A stretch of DNA of 63,046 nucleotides, counting the filler, from Octopus bimaculoides (taxonomy: Eukaryota), in the NCBI RefSeq assembly GCF_001194135.2. It is 6 parts of 6 records of this genome, joined end to end, with 100 filler letters (N's around TTAATTAATTAA, not from the genome) between each part and the next. Parts side by side here need not be neighbours in the genome. Positions count along the whole stretch, not along the records: positions 43,731 to 56,178 come from NC_068991.1; positions 56,279 to 59,585 come from NC_068983.1; positions 59,686 to 61,825 come from NW_026304651.1; positions 61,926 to 63,046 come from NW_026415701.1; 2 more parts are not named here. One strand, 5' to 3'. Made by a program: the position numbers and the translations under genes. The notes beneath the pieces were generated by a model. It had not been told where the DNA came from, ran no database searches, and saw only the letters and a program-made list of their open reading frames with translations. Positions 49,943 to 62,390 of this stretch are shown piece after piece (position 1 is the first letter of the stretch; the number at the start of each line of letters is the position of its first letter).

Positions 49943-51624
49943 TGGAAGAGCTGCATATATGTTGTGGTTTTTAACTCATGTCAACTCTGAAAGAACATGC
50001 CTATCTCTTATCAAAGGTGATCTTGCTATGACCATATCGTTTTACCACATTTTTATCTATGACTAGCTTTATCCCACGAGACAACGAGGAAAGGACTCTC
50101 TTACTTGATCACCTAGCTAGAAAATAGCAGTAAAATCTCTATCTCTCTCTCTCTCTCTCAAACCACACACCTTATTATTTCATTGTCTTACTTTCTAATT
50201 GAACTGACACATTAGATAATGTAGCCTCACGTATTCCTTAAAAATATCGGATGGTCATGTCTAAAACGCCTTTAATTATACGTCTGTTCGACCAGGGCTG
50301 ATCTTGGGCTAAAGTGCAACTACATATGCTCTCTCTGAGAAGATAAGAGTTGTATGAAAGAAGACTGTGGCTGCTAGCTGTTATTTCTAGCGGGTCAGGT
50401 CTAGTGACCACATACAGGCTGCTGCCGACCGGCTTCATTTTTACCTTATTGTTAACTTTTCAAATCGGATAAAACAGAACAAAAACACAATTAGCGTAAG
50501 ACGAAAAAAAAACAAAAAAAAAACAACAAAAAAAAATATCCCGAAGCAACGTAAAACTTGCATGTAACATAATATTTTACTGTATAATTCTTCTTTCCAG
50601 TGAATATCAATGTGTTAAGTGTATAATTACAATATCAAGCACCGTCGCCATAACGTCTATTCCGACATGGAATATTACAACTCTTGCTCCTCACTTCTCT
50701 TATACATATATATTTATATACATTAAATCTGTTGTCGAAATATATACAGTCCTTTGTCCAGTCCCACTATAAACAATTCAACTCAATATAATAATAATTC
50801 TACTTAATTACTCAATAATTCATCCCAGAAACACCATCCCCATCACCTACCCTCATTTTATCGATATGTCCCATTAATTCCATTTATAATTATACTGCTC
50901 TCTCTCTCTTCTCCTTTTTCCTGTTTTTCCCCCCTTTCATCAGTTTTGTCACTGTTTTTCTTCAAACAACTAAATATCCTCAATACGTTATTTATTTATT
51001 ATAATTATTTTCAATTTCTTTTTCTTTTTTTAAAACAAATTACTGCTCATTCCAAGAAAACATATTACCATTTGATATGTATATTTGGATATATTCAATA
51101 TATAAAGTCGTGTGTCATATCTATCCATAGATAGATAGATAGACAGACAGATACGTAAAAAGAACAAGGGTAACAACACAATATTCAAATCACTTCGATT
51201 GAAGAATGATTGGGAACGAAGTAATTTAAATATTACTTGTATTAATGTGTTGTTTTCCGTGTCTAATTTTCATGATAAATTTTGCTCTGTATACATTACA
51301 GCCTTATTATTCTACAACTGATCTAGGTGTGTGCGTGTGTCTATACTACACAAAGCATTTTAGAAAGATGTAGATATTGGAGTGTGATATAATGTATTGA
51401 GCTCTAAGTCATTGGTTACATGCCGTATTAAATACTTAGCACATTATAGCAAGGTGTGTGTGTGTGTGTGTGTGAGGATATATGTATGTATGTGTGTGTG
51501 AATACATATTTTATATATGCATACACATGCAGTTAACTGAATTCGAAGGTTCAATTGTGTTTGATTATATGATTAGCTAAGCACGTAATATTTGCATGGT
51601 CGTTCTAGCTGTTTATCGAATAGC

Positions 51625-52800
51625 TTATTGTATAGTTGTGATACGCATGTTCACTGTATGTCTGTATTGCATGGTTATCTCTATGTTCACTGTATGTCTG
51701 ATTATCTGGTTGTTCACTGAATGTCTAATAGGTAATTGCTATCTGGATGTTCGTTGAGTGTCTAAGTGTATGGTTGTTACATGCGTGTTCGCTGTATATC
51801 TGATGGCATGCTTGTTATACGTGTGTTCACCATTTGTCTGATGGTATGGTTTCCATCTGTCTGTTCACTAAATGTCTGATGGTTGACATGCATGTTCATT
51901 ATGTCTGACCGTATTGTTATATCTATGTTCATCGTTCGTCTGATGGTATGGTTGTCACCTGTCTGTTCACTAAATGTATGATGGTTGACATGTGTGATCA
52001 CTGTGTGTCTGATCGTATGGTTGTTATATGTACGTTCACCGTTTGTCTGATGGTATGGTTGTCATATGTATGTTCATTGAATGTCTGATCAGATGGTTGT
52101 TATATGTATGTTCACTGTATGTATAATCGTACGATTGTTATCTAGATGTTCAATAAATATCTATTTGTATGCTTGTTATATTTAAGTTCACCATAAATTT
52201 GTATGGTTGTTATATGAATGTTCACTTTACATCTGATTGTGTATTTGTTATATGTATGTTCACCGCTTGTCTAATTGTATGCTTGTTATATGTTCACCGC
52301 TTGTCTGATTGTATGGTTGTCATATTGTTACTCTATGTTTGAAAATATGATTGTTATTGTGACGTTCTTTGAATGTCTAATTGTATGCCTCTCATTTCCA
52401 TGCCTACCAATTACTTGATTCTACGTTTAATTTGTCGAATATTTGAGTGCATGGTTGTCATTCAGATGTTCACGAAAAGTCTCGTATGATTATATCTGGA
52501 TGTTCACTAATTGTCTCATTCTATGGTTATATCTAGATGGTCACTAAATGGCTGATTGTTATCGAGATGTTCACGAAATATCTGATTCTATTTTTATTAA
52601 CCAGTTGTTCACCGTACGTCTAATTGAGTGGTTCTCAGTTATCTGGATGTTCAGTCTGATTGTATGGTTGTTCACTAGATGTTGAATGAATGTCTGATAT
52701 GGTTTATCTAGATGTTCACTGAATATCTTATTTATATAGTTGCAGATTTGGCTGTTTACAGTATGTGCCATTATATAGTTATTTCCTGGATGTTCACTAT
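51625..52800. repeat. Degenerate 38-bp minisatellite, about 30 units
   Basis: Approximate consensus GTTCACTGAATGTCTGATTGTATGGTTGTTATATGTAT; units abut with no spacers. Confidence 0.85.
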
Positions 52801-54453
52801 CGTTTAGCTACAGGTCAACACTAATAGAACAGACCTGTGTCCTAAGACGTTCCACTCATAACCATTTTGTTTTTAAAGTCATGTCATGTACAATTATATT
52901 ATCTAACACAGCCTTTTCCCCCTTAAATTTAAGGTAGCGTATAATTCAAGGGATGTTTAGCTGTTTTATTTAGCACGTCATACAACAACGTAGAAATTAT
53001 GTCGTCGGTTTATCCTCGTATGTTTGAAAAATAAATCACAATTTAATTACTGAAAGTATGTTTGATTGCCTGGTTGTACTCCGGATGCTCAGTGCTGGTT
53101 GGGTGGTCGCTGACAAATCTAACTTGCAGAAGTAATGCTATTCTCGAAATTAATTCAAAGCATGTTTGCATCAACGTGAACGGTTGACATGAATAAATTT
53201 TGATTTTATTTTTATCAATACGATTTGATAGTTCCTCTTCGCATTGTGTGTGCCTATGTGTGTATGTGTTTTTATCAATCTATTGTCTGATTTCACTCTA
53301 GCATAGATTGTCAAAACACTCGTTTTTGTTTCTCATTGACAATGATGTGTTTTACTCATTCATCTTCTGCTCTCTCTTCCCTTGACAATTTACATTTGAA
53401 GACCATTTTTGTTCTGTCACACTCACACTCACACACACTCTCTCTCTCTCACACGTACATACTTATGAAATTTATTGTGATTAACAACGAATAAGTTTCT
53501 AATCTTTGTTGTTGTTTGGCTCCAGGACAACCTTGACTGATGGGTCGTGAACATCTCGTCTTTCTATTCTACACATAGTCTACTCTCAAACATTTTCCAA
53601 TGTATTCTTCCTTATATTTTCAATACAGTAGACTGATTCGAAGGCAATTTGGCTGCTATCTCTAGAAGTTCAAATGACCTCGTAGAGGGGGTGGGATGGG
53701 TCACAGGTTGATGATTAAAAGTATTCCAGCCGTGAACATCCCGTCTTTTTTTTTCCTACACACACTGTATCCTTCCAAACAACATTTTCCCAATATGCCG
53801 TTCCTTTTAAGGTTATTCGGCTGCTATCTCTAGAAGTTCAAATGACCACGTAGGGGAGGAAGGGGGTCCGTTTGTTAGCTTATTTGTTTTATGGTTCTCC
53901 TTTCAGCTCTCTTCTTTACCGATATTTTGATGTCAAAGAGCTCAAATTTACAACATGCTTCTCTTCTGATTGTTTCGCCGGTGGCATTTCTGCTTATTCG
54001 AGTGAGAAAGAAAGAAAGAGGAAGAGAAATATAAGCACGAACAGAAGCGACCTCTTTCTCACTTGTCTCCCCTTACTGTACATAGATTACCTTGCTTTTC
54101 CTCCTCCTCTTCTTCATCGTCATATTCAGCAGTGTAGTTTTGTATTTTCAATTTCAAACAATATTATGTGTATGTATACATTAAAGACGTAAAGCACTAT
54201 TATTACAGATAGTATTAGTTGCTCCTCACTCACAATATTACCGTCGCTGTTTGTTTGGCAGTAGGATTTATTAAATGCTCTTCAGTAACAGATTTTTTTT
54301 TAGCTGTTTTGCCAGGAAAAGAGTTATATCAGATCTCTCTCTCTCTCTCTCTTGCTCCCTTCCTCTCTCTATGTAAAAGAAAAAAAAATTACGTATGTAT
54401 GTGTATCTCATATATATACATATGTAATTCAGGCGTATGTGTCATAATATATA

Positions 54454-54672
54454 CGAGGGAGTGCTGAAAAGTCCCTGGCTTTGAGGGTGTCGTGAAAGGC
54501 CTAGTTGGATGCCTAACCTTCCGAGGTCTTTTCCAGGGCTTAGAAAAAACTGAAAGATCGCTGCAATAAGTGTGTGAATCTGAGAGGGGGAATATGTTGA
54601 ATAAAATCATAATTAACAGATCCTCTTGTATTTTCTTTTACCCAAAGCCAGGAACTTTTCAGCTTTCCCTCG
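54454..54672. mobile_element. Mariner-derived MITE (219 bp)
   Basis: 29-bp TIRs with 3 mismatches, TA on both sides; the interior retains a mariner C-terminal remnant DRCNKCVNLRGEYVE*. Confidence 0.9.
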
Positions 54673-54720
54673 TATATAAATACGTCTAAAACATCTATAC
54701 ATAGACGTGTGTACATAAAA

Positions 54721-54803
<83 letters not shown>

Positions 54804-56278
54804 TATGCTTTTGTGTATATACATATGTATGTATGTATGCATGCTTGCACGGACATAACATATAGTTCGCGTTTTACTTGGCAGCCCCTTCCATCTTTGA
54901 AATGGTGGTGAGTCAGTGGTTAAACCCTTAAGATGAAAATTCGACAGACACACAGATAAAACCAACAACAAAAATGTATTTTCTGAGGAGACAGGATACA
55001 ATAAATATATGTACTCAAAAATCGAACTTTTTTTTTTTACTACAACAAACATGTTATGATTATATTTCTTCTGTGTAAGGTTTATTAGTTGTATCAGAGG
55101 CGATAAGACTGTGTTGCTTTGTTTAAGACATATCTTAATATATGTATGATCGTAGTAAAGTGTACTAAGATAGGCTGGTAACGTTACAACATAATATTTA
55201 GTAGTACAAAATAATAATAAAAAAATTACTTCTTCCTTCTCATTCTTCTCTCTTTATTTTCACTGAACGAGGAATTACGAGTGACAATTACAATTTTTTA
55301 TTGAAAATTCCCAACGTTCAGTAGTTATTTTTTCTTCTTTTTCACTTAATATCATTACTGTAGCGAATAATAAAGCTAAGCACTACATCGGAGATCAATT
55401 GCAAACTACTGCTTCCCAACATCTTAGCTTGGCACACATCCTGGATAAAACGGGATGGATATAACTAATTATCATACTGATATCCCAATAAGACGGTAGA
55501 TAAGAATAATACTGATAATAAAAATAATAATTGTCTGTCCATTTTAGCTTTTCTTTTCTTATTTTTTTCCCAAGGAATATCTTGTAAAAGAACAATTTCC
55601 TCGTTAACCTATATTCTCTTCCGTTTCGGGGAGACTTTATCATTCATTCAAGCTTGATAAGTTTTTCATACATTATCTTTGTAGGAATGGTCCTATTTAG
55701 TGAACAGTTTATCGATAAATTGTTAGATACAGATCTGATTACGTTATTTTTTCTCCTCCTCCTTGCAATAATAGCCTCTATTCATTCTGTTTCTCTCTCT
55801 CTATGTGTGTGTCTTGTTCAAACAAGCCAAACTAGTTAAATATGAAAGTAGCTTCGTGACGGGCGAAATTCATTAATTCGTTCTTTCGTTCAGTTCGCTT
55901 TTGAGAAAGTACTACACATATTGGGCATATGGTTTAACATATACTACAATACTATTATATTTTATAGCTGTTTCCATAATAACACGAGCTGATTATCATT
56001 ATTATTCTTACAGAGAAAGAAACTAACTGCAACAGTCACTTATATTTTAGGCATTTGAGCTATTTTAACTTTTCCCTATTCATCGACCTTCAATTGATTT
56101 TATCGTTTTGGATCTGGTTTATACTTAAAGATAGATATATATACATACATGTGTGTGTGTGTATATATATATATATATNNNNNNNNNNNNNNNNNNNNNN
56201 NNNNNNNNNNNNNNNNNNNNNNTTAATTAATTAANNNNNNNNNNNNNNNNNNNNNNNNNNNNNNNNNNNNNNNNNNNN

Positions 56279-56320
<42 letters not shown>

Positions 56321-57229
56321 TTATATACACTTGATACCAAAGAATGTAATACAAAATGTATGAAATGAACAGGTTTTATTTTAAATCATTATAATTATTT
56401 CTGCGCATAATTTCTCTAACATGTGACCACAGACATGTAAGATCATTTTGAGAATTCAAGATGAAGACAATTGGTATTCAAAAATAGATTAATCCTTTAT
56501 TTTCTGAAAAATGTAATTATAGTTCTCTTCTATTATCATTACTAGTATGGTTATTTTGTTGTTTACCTAAATTATTTTCGTGTGCATAGTTATTTAGTTA
56601 AAAGTGAAGTAACTATGGGCTAGGTCTAATTACCATAATGTAGCAATTAATATGTACCTGCAAAAAATAGTCTTAGAATGAATACTGTTTAACTTTTCAA
56701 AAATGGCATTATTACACGCGAATGGGCATATCAGGATATATAGAAGAACGTATGTCTGAACGAGCAAATCAAAATAGGTTACACCGTTGGTTTATCATTA
56801 TTATTTTTTGTTTGGTGCGTATATACACTAAAATGTAATTGAATGGAGAACGAAAAGGATCTACATAAGAGCGCATTTGGAAGGTTATTAGTAAAATAGT
56901 ATGGAAAGATTTAAATTCATGAGATCAAAATATGAGGGTATGTTTAGATATATGCATGTATCTACATATGTATGTACATTATTGTCGAATAAAAGAAAAA
57001 ATAGCGTGCATAATGATGCGTGCAAATAAATCTTCCTGGTTAGGACTCACCCAATTGAGTATCATCGTCAGTAGTATGTATGTATGCCTGCATCAATGTA
57101 TGTTTGTATCTATGTATACGGATACGATTTCTTGGTTTAATAGCCTGTCTTAATGACTAGTAAAAGAATTATGACGAAACCTCGAACAGCAAAAATTATG
57201 ATTATAAACAGACAGATCTAAATCTAAGT

Positions 57230-57308
57230 ATGCAAGCCGACAGGTGTGGCATCCTGCGAAGACAGCGAGATGATCACACACCAGTTGGAAGATACACAGA
57301 TGCAAGAG
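57230..57308 (+). CDS. Candidate alternative first coding exon A of BRSK (MQADRCGILRRQRDDHTPVGRYTDAR-G)
   Basis: ATG-open 79 nt (26 codons + 1) ending GAG|GTATGT, a strong donor in the same phase 1 as BRSK exon 1; GC-richer than flanks. Confidence 0.35.
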
Positions 57309-57506
57309 GTATGTAATCCTTTCAGTCTATCTATTTACGACGTTAAAATCTAAGAATGTTACTCCATCTTAATAATGTGAAAACAAGTTTTATATTTTCT
57401 CAATTTTTATTTCCTTCAATGCTTCATCTAGTATTTAAATCCTCTTTGTCTCTTGGTATTTAAGTGTTGCTCTTTGTCAATGGAATGCTAAAAGCGGTGT
57501 AAGGGC

Positions 57507-57573
57507 ATGAAATACGTGGGAACTAACGATGTTCCGGCAGTGCTCTCGATCCTACTCAACCGAAAATGTGCAG
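57507..57573 (+). CDS. Weak candidate alternative first exon B (MKYVGTNDVPAVLSILLNRKCA-G)
   Basis: ATG-open 67 nt, phase 1, but a weak donor CAG|GTGCAC. Confidence 0.15.
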
Positions 57574-57907
57574 GTGCACAGTTACTGTTGGATCATATTA
57601 AAGCAATTATATGTGTAAAATTTAGCAATTACCATCTGATGTTGACGCACAGGAACAATTGAAGTAATTTGGAATAAAGCATGTTCATTCTATCTTCCTG
57701 TATTAAAATCTTTTGTATACATTCTTTGTATACATTTTGTATACATTAACGGATTTCCACATGTATAGCCAGTTAACGAAAAGCTTCTACTCTGTAATAG
57801 CATATAATAACTGATTCCGGAAAAGAAACTTTGGAAAGTACATTATAAGGTCATTAACCAGATAATATTTATACACACACACACACACATACACACACAC
57901 ACACACA

Positions 57908-57985
<78 letters not shown>

Positions 57986-58122
57986 TAAGTAAATGAGGCA
58001 GCTAGATGGCAAAGTTTCACAAAAGGAAAACAATAGATATCATTGAGTATGACTGAGTGTTTTAGAACAACTACACTGCTAAAAACAAGATGTAAAGGGC
58101 TATATTATCCATAAAATTTTTT

Positions 58123-58219
58123 ATGGAGTATATATACATGCTCGTAGTTCGGCTGTCCAGAAAGAAGCGAGCTGTGCAGACCCTTCTGAGGATGCTTGGG
58201 TCTAAAGCTGACACCGTAG
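58123..58219 (+). CDS. Candidate alternative first exon C (MEYIYMLVVRLSRKKRAVQTLLRMLGSKADTV-G)
   Basis: In-frame ATGs at 58123 and 58138, open to TAG|GTAAAG at 58219/58220, phase 1; GC-rich island in an AT-rich intron. Confidence 0.3.
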
Positions 58220-58353
58220 GTAAAGGGATATCACAGATGGCCATCTACGGTCGGTGCCGGCACGTATGTATACAATCAAAGCTGCGTTGATACTAGCAAT
58301 ATAGACATTTAGCTCTTATTTCTAGTAGTGTACGTATATATATACATACATAT

Positions 58354-58430
<77 letters not shown>

Positions 58431-59404
58431 CACAAACATACAGACACATATATATCTATGCGTACATACTTCTCATACACACACATATATGTATACAAAA
58501 ATACTTATATACATATAATTATATGTATAGCTTGTGTATGTATGTGAACACAGAGCATATGCGTAATATGGAAGTGTGAGTACTTCGACATACAGGCATT
58601 CGTTAGTGTACGTGTAAAGCTACTTAAACAAATGTATCTACCAACACATGTAAATGTAAATTGTGGTTCCAAATTAAAAATGAAATACATATGAGTAAAA
58701 ATAATTTATTCCAATATGTAATTTTCATCAGTTTAATTTTCTTACTTTCATTACCTGCTGCATTCCACAAATTGTTAATTCTAGATACTTACATTTTGCA
58801 AATAGTAATTCATTTATCTAGTGTATGTTATTTCTTTGTCACTGTTTTTTGTTTATGATACATGAATAGTTTTGATTAGATGACTATGGAAATAGTTGTT
58901 GGAATTGAATACAAATATTGGTACTGCACAAAGTATCATCACTTCACAACAAATAAACCTAGGTAATAATCTGTATTCAAGCTTCAAGAACCCTTCTGTG
59001 GAATCACGCATTTCCAAGCGACACTGTTTTCTGTAGATTTTCTGACTTCACTCCAACTCCTATCTCTTCAATCTATTTTGTATGCTTGATATTTAGAGTT
59101 CTTGTTAGAGCCTCACTTAAATTTACCATATCTGACCTTCTGTTTTCCCCTGCCCAATAGTGTCTCAACACGAAGGCAAATTCATTCACATTTAAGCAGG
59201 GTTTTCCCCCCTTCATTTATATTCATTATCCGGCTTTCTTTGTTCAATTTCCTCATCACATTGTATCGTTCTCTTCCTCAGTAACTTTACCTTGGCATTC
59301 TTGATAACCCTTGCCTTTGCCTAGGCCAGGTAATTGCACTATCCACTCCATACTTGCCATACAGGCTGAAAACAATCATTCTTGCATCAATATCATGTCT
59401 TCTT

Positions 59405-59525
59405 TAAGGCGGCGAGCTGGCAGAAACGTCAGCACGCCGATAAATTATGTAACAGTTACGTACTGCGGTCGATATAATCGACGTAATCCGTTTGTCTGTC
59501 CTTCTCTGTCCCCTCTATGTTTAGG
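59405..59525 (+). mobile_element. SINE-B, internally deleted, 11733-type tail
   Basis: GGCGGCGAGCTGGCAGAAACG head joined to GATAAATT..TGTCCCCTCTATGTTTAG. Confidence 0.8.
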
Positions 59526-60015
59526 GCGCGTGCACACATACAAACACACACACATATACAAACACACACACATATGTATATGCATNNNNNNNNNNNNNNN
59601 NNNNNNNNNNNNNNNNNNNNNNNNNNNNNTTAATTAATTAANNNNNNNNNNNNNNNNNNNNNNNNNNNNNNNNNNNNNNNNNNNNTTGCTTTTTATCCTC
59701 ACAAGCATACCCCTGCGTTTGCTAAGTGCAAAATGAAATGAACCTTGCCAGAATGAAATGTAAGAGTGAAAAAATTCACTGCAGACGTTTTTAACATACA
59801 TAATTAAAAGAAATTTAAAGATATTCTTTTAGGCTTTTGGCAGTTTTGCTTGAGAAGGAAGAGTCAGGCCTGCTTGTTACGAACGGAAACTGATAGGTAT
59901 GTTAACGTCTGCGCTCTTATTGAAATTTGCATGTTTGAAAGCTACGGGGACTAGTATCAAATATGAATCGAAAATATGTATAGGTGTATGTACGTATTCA
60001 TGTATGTAAATATGC

Positions 60016-60046
<31 letters not shown>

Positions 60047-60094
60047 TGNNNNNNNNNNTGTATGTATGTATGTATGTTGGACTGCTGAATTCTA

Positions 60095-60270
60095 CACATT
60101 TTGTTTTCATTCTCTCTCTATTTATTTACTCTTATACCTTTCTGCCGAAGAGCGTAGGCTTGAAACGTAGAAGACTTTTCTATTTTTCCCGAGCGTCAAA
60201 CTAATATACTTGTTTGTTCTTCCTATACCTGTCTTCGTCTTTACTTTTTCTATAAATTTGAACTATATGC
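60095..60270 (+). mobile_element. Short hammerhead-bearing repeat, family 2
   Basis: Homologous to 40690-40884. Confidence 0.6.
60138..60173 (+). ncRNA. Second copy of the variant hammerhead family (core CUGCCGA)
   Basis: CUUU-CUGCCGA-A-GAGC(GUAG)GCUU-GAAA-CGUA-GAAG; flanks homologous to the 40750 copy (shared TTCCCGAGCGTCA.ACTAATATA downstream). Confidence 0.5.
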
Positions 60271-60939
60271 ATATATATATATATGTTTGTGTGTGCGTGT
60301 GTACACATATATACTTATTTATATATGTATATATATGTATATATACGCACACACATATATATGTAAGTATATTTATCATTTTTAAACCGGATTTTTGTTT
60401 GGTTTAAAGATGATAAATTTGTACTCTACAAAAGCAGAGAGTAACCCATCACATTAATGCAAATTACTTTTTATTTTAACTGAAAATAAAACCAACCATT
60501 AATATATATACAAGTATATGTACTGTATATANNNNNNNNNNNATACTATCAAAATATTGAATTGAAGTTAGCACAGACATCATAGGTAGACTTAATAGGA
60601 TGTTTTATGGATTCTAATCGGTTACGTGTGTTTAAATATTAAGTTAAAATAACACTCATATCAATAAAATATATTACCTGAATATTCTGATCCATTATAA
60701 TCATTGCGGCGTTGCACAAAAAAAGCTTTGACTATGAAATGAAAAGGGGGAAATTATTATGTATTTGTGTTTCCATGTTTACATAGGTATTTATATACAT
60801 GTGTTTGTGTGTGTGTGTGTGTGNNNNNNNNNNATGTGTGCGTGTGTTTGTGTGTATGTGCGTGTATGCGTATATGTATAATATATCCGAAAAAGAAGCA
60901 CACTCTAAAACAGAGTGCATTAATGTATTTACATGCAGC

Positions 60940-61825
60940 TAAGTCGATGTCCAGTCATAGAGTGATCAATAGTTTCGCATCCACTTAGGGTTTAGCCCCA
61001 TGGAGAGTTCATCAGATTCTAAAACAGAAGGCAAATGTAACTCTTATCTCTGTGAGGTTGGACTCCATTAGGGCCAGTTGGTTAGTAAGTCACCAAAGAA
61101 TAAATAATCTGGTTCAGCGAGTATAGGTTATCTCCTTTAGACCAGTTCTTCTGGGCCAAAGTAGAAGGAATTAAGAATTTTCCCTTTGAGCTGCTTTTAA
61201 TTCGTAAGGACCTCTCGGGTCTAATCGGAAAACTGTGAATCCCATGCTAGCATCAAGTAGCGCTTGAAATGGATGCAGGGATTATAAATCTCGTAGCGAT
61301 TGCTTAGTGATCCAGGCTCCATGGAGTCTTTGAGTATCCTTGGTTGCTCAGCTATACAAAGCTTGCATCGTCCACTCTCGTTAATGTAGGATCCCGGCCC
61401 CTCTAAGTTCCTACACTTGATATCATATAGGTTCCTTTAATCCTTGAAGTGTCATACGTGGCTGGCCAGTGTTGTGACAAAACGTCTTTTCCAGAATCCT
61501 GAAAGAGGACCTGTGGTTATACAAGCACTGCTTGAAGGCTGCCCCGGTTGACCCGATATATTTGCAGGCTTGGCTGTTTGTTGTGCTCACATTACTGGCG
61601 CATCTTGGGTTAGCTCCAAGCCATGAGATGTTATCATTGCGAAGCCATCGGTGCTGTTATCATTGCGAAGCGTGAGTCCAGTGATATCGCTGCGGCTGTT
61701 GTCGTTGTGGTGGTCATCCCTTGCGTGGTACTGGCGTTACTGTCACCGATGTGGGTGCTGTCGTAGGTACTACTGGGCGTGGGATCCGGTGGCTTCGCTA
61801 GTGCTGCTGGTGTCGGCGTTGTTGT
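60940..61825 (-). mobile_element. Penelope-like retroelement 3' part (GIY-YIG endonuclease pseudogene plus 3' region with hammerhead)
   Basis: Minus-strand translation across one frameshift and stops: KYIGSTGAAFKQCLYNHRSSFR...FVTTLASHV*HFKD...YDIKCRNLEGPGSY...RCKLCIAEQPRILKDS...SLSNRYEIYNPCIHFKRYLM, matching the PLE YIG...F..R..NH..SFR and RC.LC..E...LN.R.E...C.H pattern; stop at 61221-61223. 5' end lost in a gap. Confidence 0.85.
60958..61021 (-). ncRNA. Degenerate hammerhead in the 3' region of the Penelope-like element
   Basis: Minus strand UAGAAU-CUGAUGA-(ACUCUCCAU GGGGCUAAACCCUAA GUGGAUGC)-GAAA-CUAUUG-AUC-ACUCUA: both core boxes intact, stem I pairs 5/6, stems II and III partly decayed. 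Confidence 0.55.
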
Positions 61826-61926
61826 NNNNNNNNNNNNNNNNNNNNNNNNNNNNNNNNNNNNNNNNNNNNTTAATTAATTAANNNNNNNNNNNNNNNNNNN
61901 NNNNNNNNNNNNNNNNNNNNNNNNNT

Positions 61927-62160
61927 TCAGGGACCTTTTGAGCGGGATGGGCTACTCGACCTGAAGAAAATTCTGCATCTCACCTGCAAGTTCATGCGCT
62001 GTTTATCTTAATATAGGATCACCATATCACACACATATGGTTGTGATGCATGTGCCTGGTGTACCCTTATCAGACGGGTAGTCATGATGGGTATATTGGG
62101 CTTCATATATTTTACCCCAGTGTCACTTTGATGGCATGTGTTGCTCTTTCACTCAATAAT
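61927..62160 (+). mobile_element. Repeat 'G', 3' half
   Basis: Reverse complement of part of 36795-37040; ends CTTTCACTCAATAAT. Confidence 0.75.
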
Positions 62161-62390
62161 GATAGTAATCGTTTTAAATATAGAAAACAAGGCCTGAGGT
62201 TTTGTTGGGTGGGCCTAGTCGATTGCAGCGACTCCAATGTTCAACTGGAATTTATCTTATTCACCACAAGAGGATGGAAGGCAAAGTCAACCTCGGCGAA
62301 ATTTCAACGCAGAACGTTAAACAAGAGGAAATGCTGCATAGCATTTTGTCCGACGCAGTAACGATTCTGCTAGCTCGCCACACCTAAGCT
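62161..62390 (-). mobile_element. SINE-B, tail-to-tail with repeat G
   Basis: Reverse-complement head CGATTCTGCTAGCTCGCC at about 62365-62380. Confidence 0.85.

Noticed and set aside
51625-52800. CRISPR-like periodic array
   Set aside because: Units are degenerate and contiguous, with no conserved repeat/unique spacer alternation and no cas genes; eukaryotic context.
59040-59400. Possible decayed retroelement coding sequence on the minus strand
   Set aside because: Purine-rich and ORF-like, but no diagnostic motif recognised.
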